A stretch of DNA of 64,000 bases from Podarcis filfolensis. Taxonomy: Eukaryota. Location of the stretch: NCBI GenBank assembly GCA_964270895.1, contig OZ185439.1; one strand, 5' to 3'. The stretch's first letter is position 1; each line of letters begins with the position of its first letter. Shown piece after piece: positions 59,805-64,000 of the stretch. The translations under genes and the position numbers were made by a program. Under the pieces are notes generated by a model. The model saw only the letters and a list, made by a program, of their open reading frames with translations, had not been told where the DNA came from and made no database searches.

Positions 59805-62309
59805 CTGGAACAGAGAAGATAAAGGTGGGTAAGCAAAGAAAGCAGATTTCTGTGCCAAAATTGGTGCCGTCCCTAGGATTGTTCAGATATACCTAGTGCC
59901 TATGCTACCTTTTAAAGAGGTTGCATACTTTGCTTGTAGCAAATTGTTTTATAATTTCATGCTAAAGGCCTCCAGTTACTCAACAGCTATAGGAAAGCCT
60001 GCATTTTTTATTCAGGAGAGAACAAAATGCAGGTGTTTTGCCAGATTTGTGTCTCTAAGCACTGCTGGTTATGACAACATCTTACAACTTTCCTTCATGG
60101 CTTTTACTCACCTGCAGGAATAGAATTCCATGGATTGAAATTGTGAAATGTTCATTGTTTCTGTCCAACCTGCTCACTGTTTCCAGAGAACTGAAAGCAA
60201 AAGACAACTTCATCAACATGAACAATCCTAGAAAATAACAGGGTAGGCTGTTCATCACTTTAATTGATGAATGGTGGGTGCACTGGAAAGAGTTAGGTTT
60301 GGATGTGGGTGAGTGGGTCAGAAACCTCATTCATCAGTGTTCACTGTGTATCATTTGGACTAGTTCAGGAGTGCGGCCAGATCCTTCATCCTACCCTGGA
60401 CCAACCTTAACACCTGTCAAAGTTCAAAGAGGCTCATTGTAATCCAGTGAGCCCCTCTGAAGTCAGCTTGCAGGTATAGTTTGGATCCTCTGCAGGCAGT
60501 TACTAGTTGCTTAGCACATAACCAGCCCAATAAGTTTGCTTGGAGAGTAAGAATATATATGAAAATCTGCATATTCAGCCTTGAAGGTAGGTCAAGAAGG
60601 AAGTTACTATTTCCCCATTTATAGGCTGCCCTATACCCCAGGGTTCTCAGGGTAGCTTACAACAGAGTTGAAATTAAATGTGAATTTCATACGGTAAAAC
60701 AGAGAAAGCAGGAGCATGTAGCAGAGTAGAAATGAATTGGAACTGAAAGAAATTCTAGCTGGCTGCTTTCCTAAACAATACTATTTCTACTCCACACACT
60801 CACATGTTCTGTCGGCAGAGGGACTCAACGCAGATCAGCAAGCGCAGGCGTTCGCGGGTGCGGGGCTGGTTCTTCTTTAGCTGAACCTCTGGAACTACAA
60901 AAGGCAGCAACTAGTCAGGCCGGAGGACAGAGGAGGCTTGCTGCTGGGCTGCAATCCTTGACACCAGCAGCTGGAGGCTATCTGACAGTGTCTAAAAGGC
61001 CTACCCAAGGTTCAGAGCTTCACTGAACTTTGCTCTGTTCAATATGCAACCTTTATGCTGCTATTCAGCTTGCCTCAGAGAATGCTCAGCTGAAATCAGA
61101 CATCCACTTGAAACTGATAAGCAAATTCCAACACTAACATTACACTGCAAAGTCAACTTTTTATGTCATTACTAAAGATGCTTACAGAATCCTCCCCTGC
61201 TACGTTTCTCCTTGAATTCAGGGCTACGTTATTACCCAAGATGTTTACAGATCTAGAGTTGATAATGTCAAACTCCATAGTGCTTCCAGGTTCTTATTTC
61301 TAGAATGTGCACTTTACTTTTCTTTAAAAACATTGGTAAGAGAGTGGGGTGGGGATAATTAACTGCCAGCTCCAAATTACTTAGCATTTCTATCTTGAAG
61401 AATCCAACATGGTATTGCTTTAATTAAACACTTACCAATATGCAACGTGGCAGTGAAGATGTAGTATCCACTGAAAGGTGCTATGTATTGTCCATTGTTA
61501 AGGTTTAGCCCTAGGCCGCGGTGGAACATCTCTTCTTTTTTAGGCTACGCACAACAACAACAACAAAAGGATTATGAAGCGGGGGAGAAAATTGTTCCAG
61601 CTTTCCCTGTGGTGCATGGAAATAGAGCGCTGAAGAACACCCTTCAAGAACCAAGGTTCAGACATTCATAAAAGGGAAAAGGGACCGAACGTGGATCACT
61701 TGTGAACATACTTAAGAGGGATGCATAGTTATGAGATGAACAACAAAATATGGCAATATTTTATAACGGGACATATGTCTAGCTTGGCCAAACAAATTCA
61801 GAGCCTGGTGCACAGATATTTCTCCATCAATGGTGGCAGCTTCCAGAGTTTTTATTGTGTATCTAAACATTTTTTCCAGGGACAACTTAAATTCTGGAAA
61901 ACCAGGTTTCAGTTATTTAGATCATCAGTTGCAGAACACACTCGTAATACCCTTAGAAATCACGAGATGGGGGGGGGGGTTAAGACAGGATTTATAGGGT
62001 TGGTTGTCTTGTTAGGGATACTGAAGCAAAAACTACCTTCCCTTTTGCTGACATTTGCAAGAAGAAATGACACCAAGCTACTCACTATGTAATAGAACTG
62101 AAGTTCTTGCAATGACCGCCGTTCAATTGAAATGTTTCTCCGGGTCCGACAGTGGAAAGCTGCCTGCACTCGCCCATGCTCCCTGCTTTCTAGAAGTGGT
62201 CCACTAATCTGGGCCAGAAAGTTATCTTCTCCTCTGGACCTGTTGTCATCTTCTTCTTGGCAGTTGTCACAGGCTTTCTGACTGATCCTTTCCCGTTCCC
62301 TGATTACAC
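59706..62309 (-). CDS. ERFE: Erythroferrone (FAM132B/CTRP15), last five coding exons including the C1q/TNF-like domain; 5' exons lie beyond the window end
   Basis: Minus-strand exons 62309-62086, 61544-61436, 60894-60804, 60190-60112, 59804-59706, all GT-AG with matching phases (602 nt). Translation GVIRERER...[69 protein letters not shown]...[76 protein letters not shown] matches ERFE as recalled; tail-to-tail position next to ILKAP agrees with the mammalian arrangement. Confidence 0.92.
60112..60190 (-). CDS. ERFE: ERFE exon [26 protein letters not shown]
   Basis: tttcag|...cag|gtgagt on -; 79 nt. Confidence 0.92.
60804..60894 (-). CDS. ERFE: ERFE exon (V)[29 protein letters not shown](I)
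   Basis: ttgtag|...cat|gtgagt on -; 91 nt. Confidence 0.92.
61436..61544 (-). CDS. ERFE: ERFE exon [36 protein letters not shown]
   Basis: gcgtag|...ttg|gtaagt on -; 109 nt. Confidence 0.92.
62086..62309 (-). CDS. ERFE: ERFE exon (G)[21 protein letters not shown]...[29 protein letters not shown]
   Basis: gttcag|...ata|gtgagt on -; 224 nt. Confidence 0.9.
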
Positions 62310-62539
62310 CTGAACAGCCAAAACACAAAGCCCTGTTACTGAGGTGGGCCCACTCACGTTCTCTGTAAGTCCAAACCTGCACCTACTTGCTTTCAAACAC
62401 AACAAGGTCACACTAGTCAATATGCCTATAGCCATCTTAACACTGGCAGTCCCAAGACTTTGTGAATCTGTATTATTTTGGACAGCTGGCTCGTTGGAAT
62501 GTATGTTCACCTGTTTCTAGAGCAGTAAAAATACTGGAC

Positions 62540-62830
62540 TTAAGAGTTTGCAGGATCAGACCAGAGCTCCAACAAGTCCAACATTCCGTTCTCACAGTGG
62601 CCAGCTAGATGCCCAAGGGAAATTCACAGGCAGGATCAGCAATCTTCCCATGTGATTTTCAACAAGTGGTACTCACAGACACTTTTGGCACCAGCATCAG
62701 ATGTAGCCACTATCATGGCTAGTGATAACTGTTAGGCAAATTCATGGAAGTTAAGGCCCTTTTAAAGCAACCTCCATGGGTGGCTATCACTACATCTTTG
62801 TGGTAACAAATCCCACAGTTTAAGAGTGGA
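62540..62830 (-). mobile_element. CR1 LINE 3' fragment
   Basis: Collinear with 32776-33110 (gttctcacagtg.cc.actagatgccc; ggtggc.atcact). Confidence 0.65.
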
Positions 62831-63256
62831 AATCTTTGCTAGGATCCTGGTGACTGTAGCTCAGATCCATGGGTGGGAAAGGGAAAACGTGACTACTGCT
62901 AGGCCACACCTGCTCCTTAATGTCTAGTGCATGACATCCTCAGTCGGCTCCCCTTCATTGACTTCTGCTTAGTGGTGAATCTGAGCATGATGATGTTATG
63001 GCAGAATCCAATTTGGATTGCAAGGGTGGAGAAACGGGGGGGGGCAATCTAGATGGTGGACTGCAACTCACAAGCAGTATGACCAGTGGGCCAGGGCACA
63101 GCCCCCAGGGAGCCCCAGAAGAGCTGAGGCAGCATCGTGGCCAGGGGATGAGTCATTGGACAGCAAAGGGGAGCACAAGATGCTACACCCTCCCTCCCCA
63201 GGGGCTGGGGGATCATCAGGATACCGGCAATGAGGAGAAGGAGGCACTATGAGGAG

Positions 63257-63512
63257 GAGGAGAGCCAGTGTGGTGTAGTGGTTAAGAGCGGAAGTCTTGT
63301 AATCTGGGGAACCGGGCTCGCGTCCCCGCTCCTCCACATGCAGCTGCTGAGTGACCTTGGGCCAGTCACACTTCTCTGAAGTCTCTCAGCCCCACTCACC
63401 TCACAGAGTGTGTGTTGTGGGGGAGGAAGGGAAAGGAGAATGTTAGCCGCTTTGAGACTCCTTCGGGTAGTGATAAAGCGGGATATCAAATCCAAACTTC
63501 ACTTCTTCTACT
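63257..63512 (+). mobile_element. Young tRNA/CORE-type SINE (Squam3B-like) with (CTT)n tail
   Basis: gccagtgtggtgtagtggttaagagc A box, gggtgaccttgggccagtcac-type core, gtgataaagcgggatatcaaatccaaac end, cttcacttcttct tail. Confidence 0.8.
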
Positions 63513-64000
63513 ACTACCACTGCCCCAGCTCCGAAGGCCCAGCGCGGACGTGGCTTGGCTTACCTTGCCTCCCCACAGGAACCTGTAGTGGGGGCGCCTG
63601 GTTGTGCCCTATCAGACATGTATGCCCAGGGCCATGGCCCCCTGCCCACCCACCCCCATGCTTCACCTCTGAGTTTCCCTACCAGCTTTGGCTGGAGAAG
63701 ATGCAAGGTTGAAGTTACTGAAGGGGGTGTCTTAGAGGCCTGTGTAATAGCAGAATTCTTGGAGGAATTCCTGTATATGAAAACCAGTATCCTAGAAGGT
63801 CCACTTGGAATCTGCATAATGGCTGCCATGGGCGGCAGAAGAAGGGGAGCTGGTAATCTATACTGGTGATACGTACCATCACACACACAAAACACTGACT
63901 GAATCTGAATTCTAACAGCAGAAAAGTGGCATGGATTGCACTCCTCTTAGAATATACCTTTTTAACTTGGATGTTGCAATCTTGGATAATATTTAATGCT

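Noticed and set aside
62741-62749. TTCATGGAA STAT-like site in an ERFE intron
   Set aside because: Inside a decayed CR1 fragment, a poor fit to the STAT5 preference TTCYNRGAA, and expected by chance.
63257-63340. tRNA-like A and B boxes (also at 2633, 17491, 44583, 53036, 54001)
   Set aside because: SINE heads continuing into SINE bodies; no complete cloverleaf or Pol III terminator.
63555-63895. 104- and 111-aa ORFs as possible upstream ERFE exons
   Set aside because: No Gly-X-Y collagen segment or LLKEFQLLLK-like motif expected for the preceding ERFE exon; that exon is probably beyond 64000.

Overview
Vertebrate genomic DNA from a squamate reptile, most likely a lacertid lizard (judged from Sauria SINEs with ACCTTT tails and Squam-type SINEs). 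The six-frame ORF track is mostly noise because the genes are spliced, so I rebuilt them by hand from splice sites and phase continuity. (1) The 3' half of KIF1A on +: 22 constitutive coding exons, 1571-39853, 2521 nt, about 839 aa plus stop, ending in the PH domain. It also has two alternative microexons (27 and 24 nt), one GC-AG intron and a ~4.1 kb 3' UTR. (2) Complete ILKAP (PP2C-family phosphatase) on +: 12 exons, 46724-56528, 394 aa, with a CpG-island/CCAAT promoter ~2.7 kb after the KIF1A poly(A) signal. (3) The last five coding exons of ERFE (erythroferrone, C1q/TNF domain) on -, 62309-59706, tail-to-tail with ILKAP. Introns are full of SINEs, LINE 3' fragments and palindromic MITEs, several with intact target-site duplications. 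I see no prokaryote-type system (no CRISPR, operon or true tRNA/rRNA gene). The best leads are: a CpG-retaining cluster of candidate micro/poison exons in the first KIF1A intron (~1170-1570); further stop-containing cassette candidates; a hAT MITE with an internal TTAGGG minisatellite; a MITE family carrying paired ZNF143/THAP11-type motifs, often just downstream of splice donors; and an ARE plus miR-130/148 seed cluster in the ERFE 3' UTR. Gene and repeat names come from recognition by memory, not database searches.
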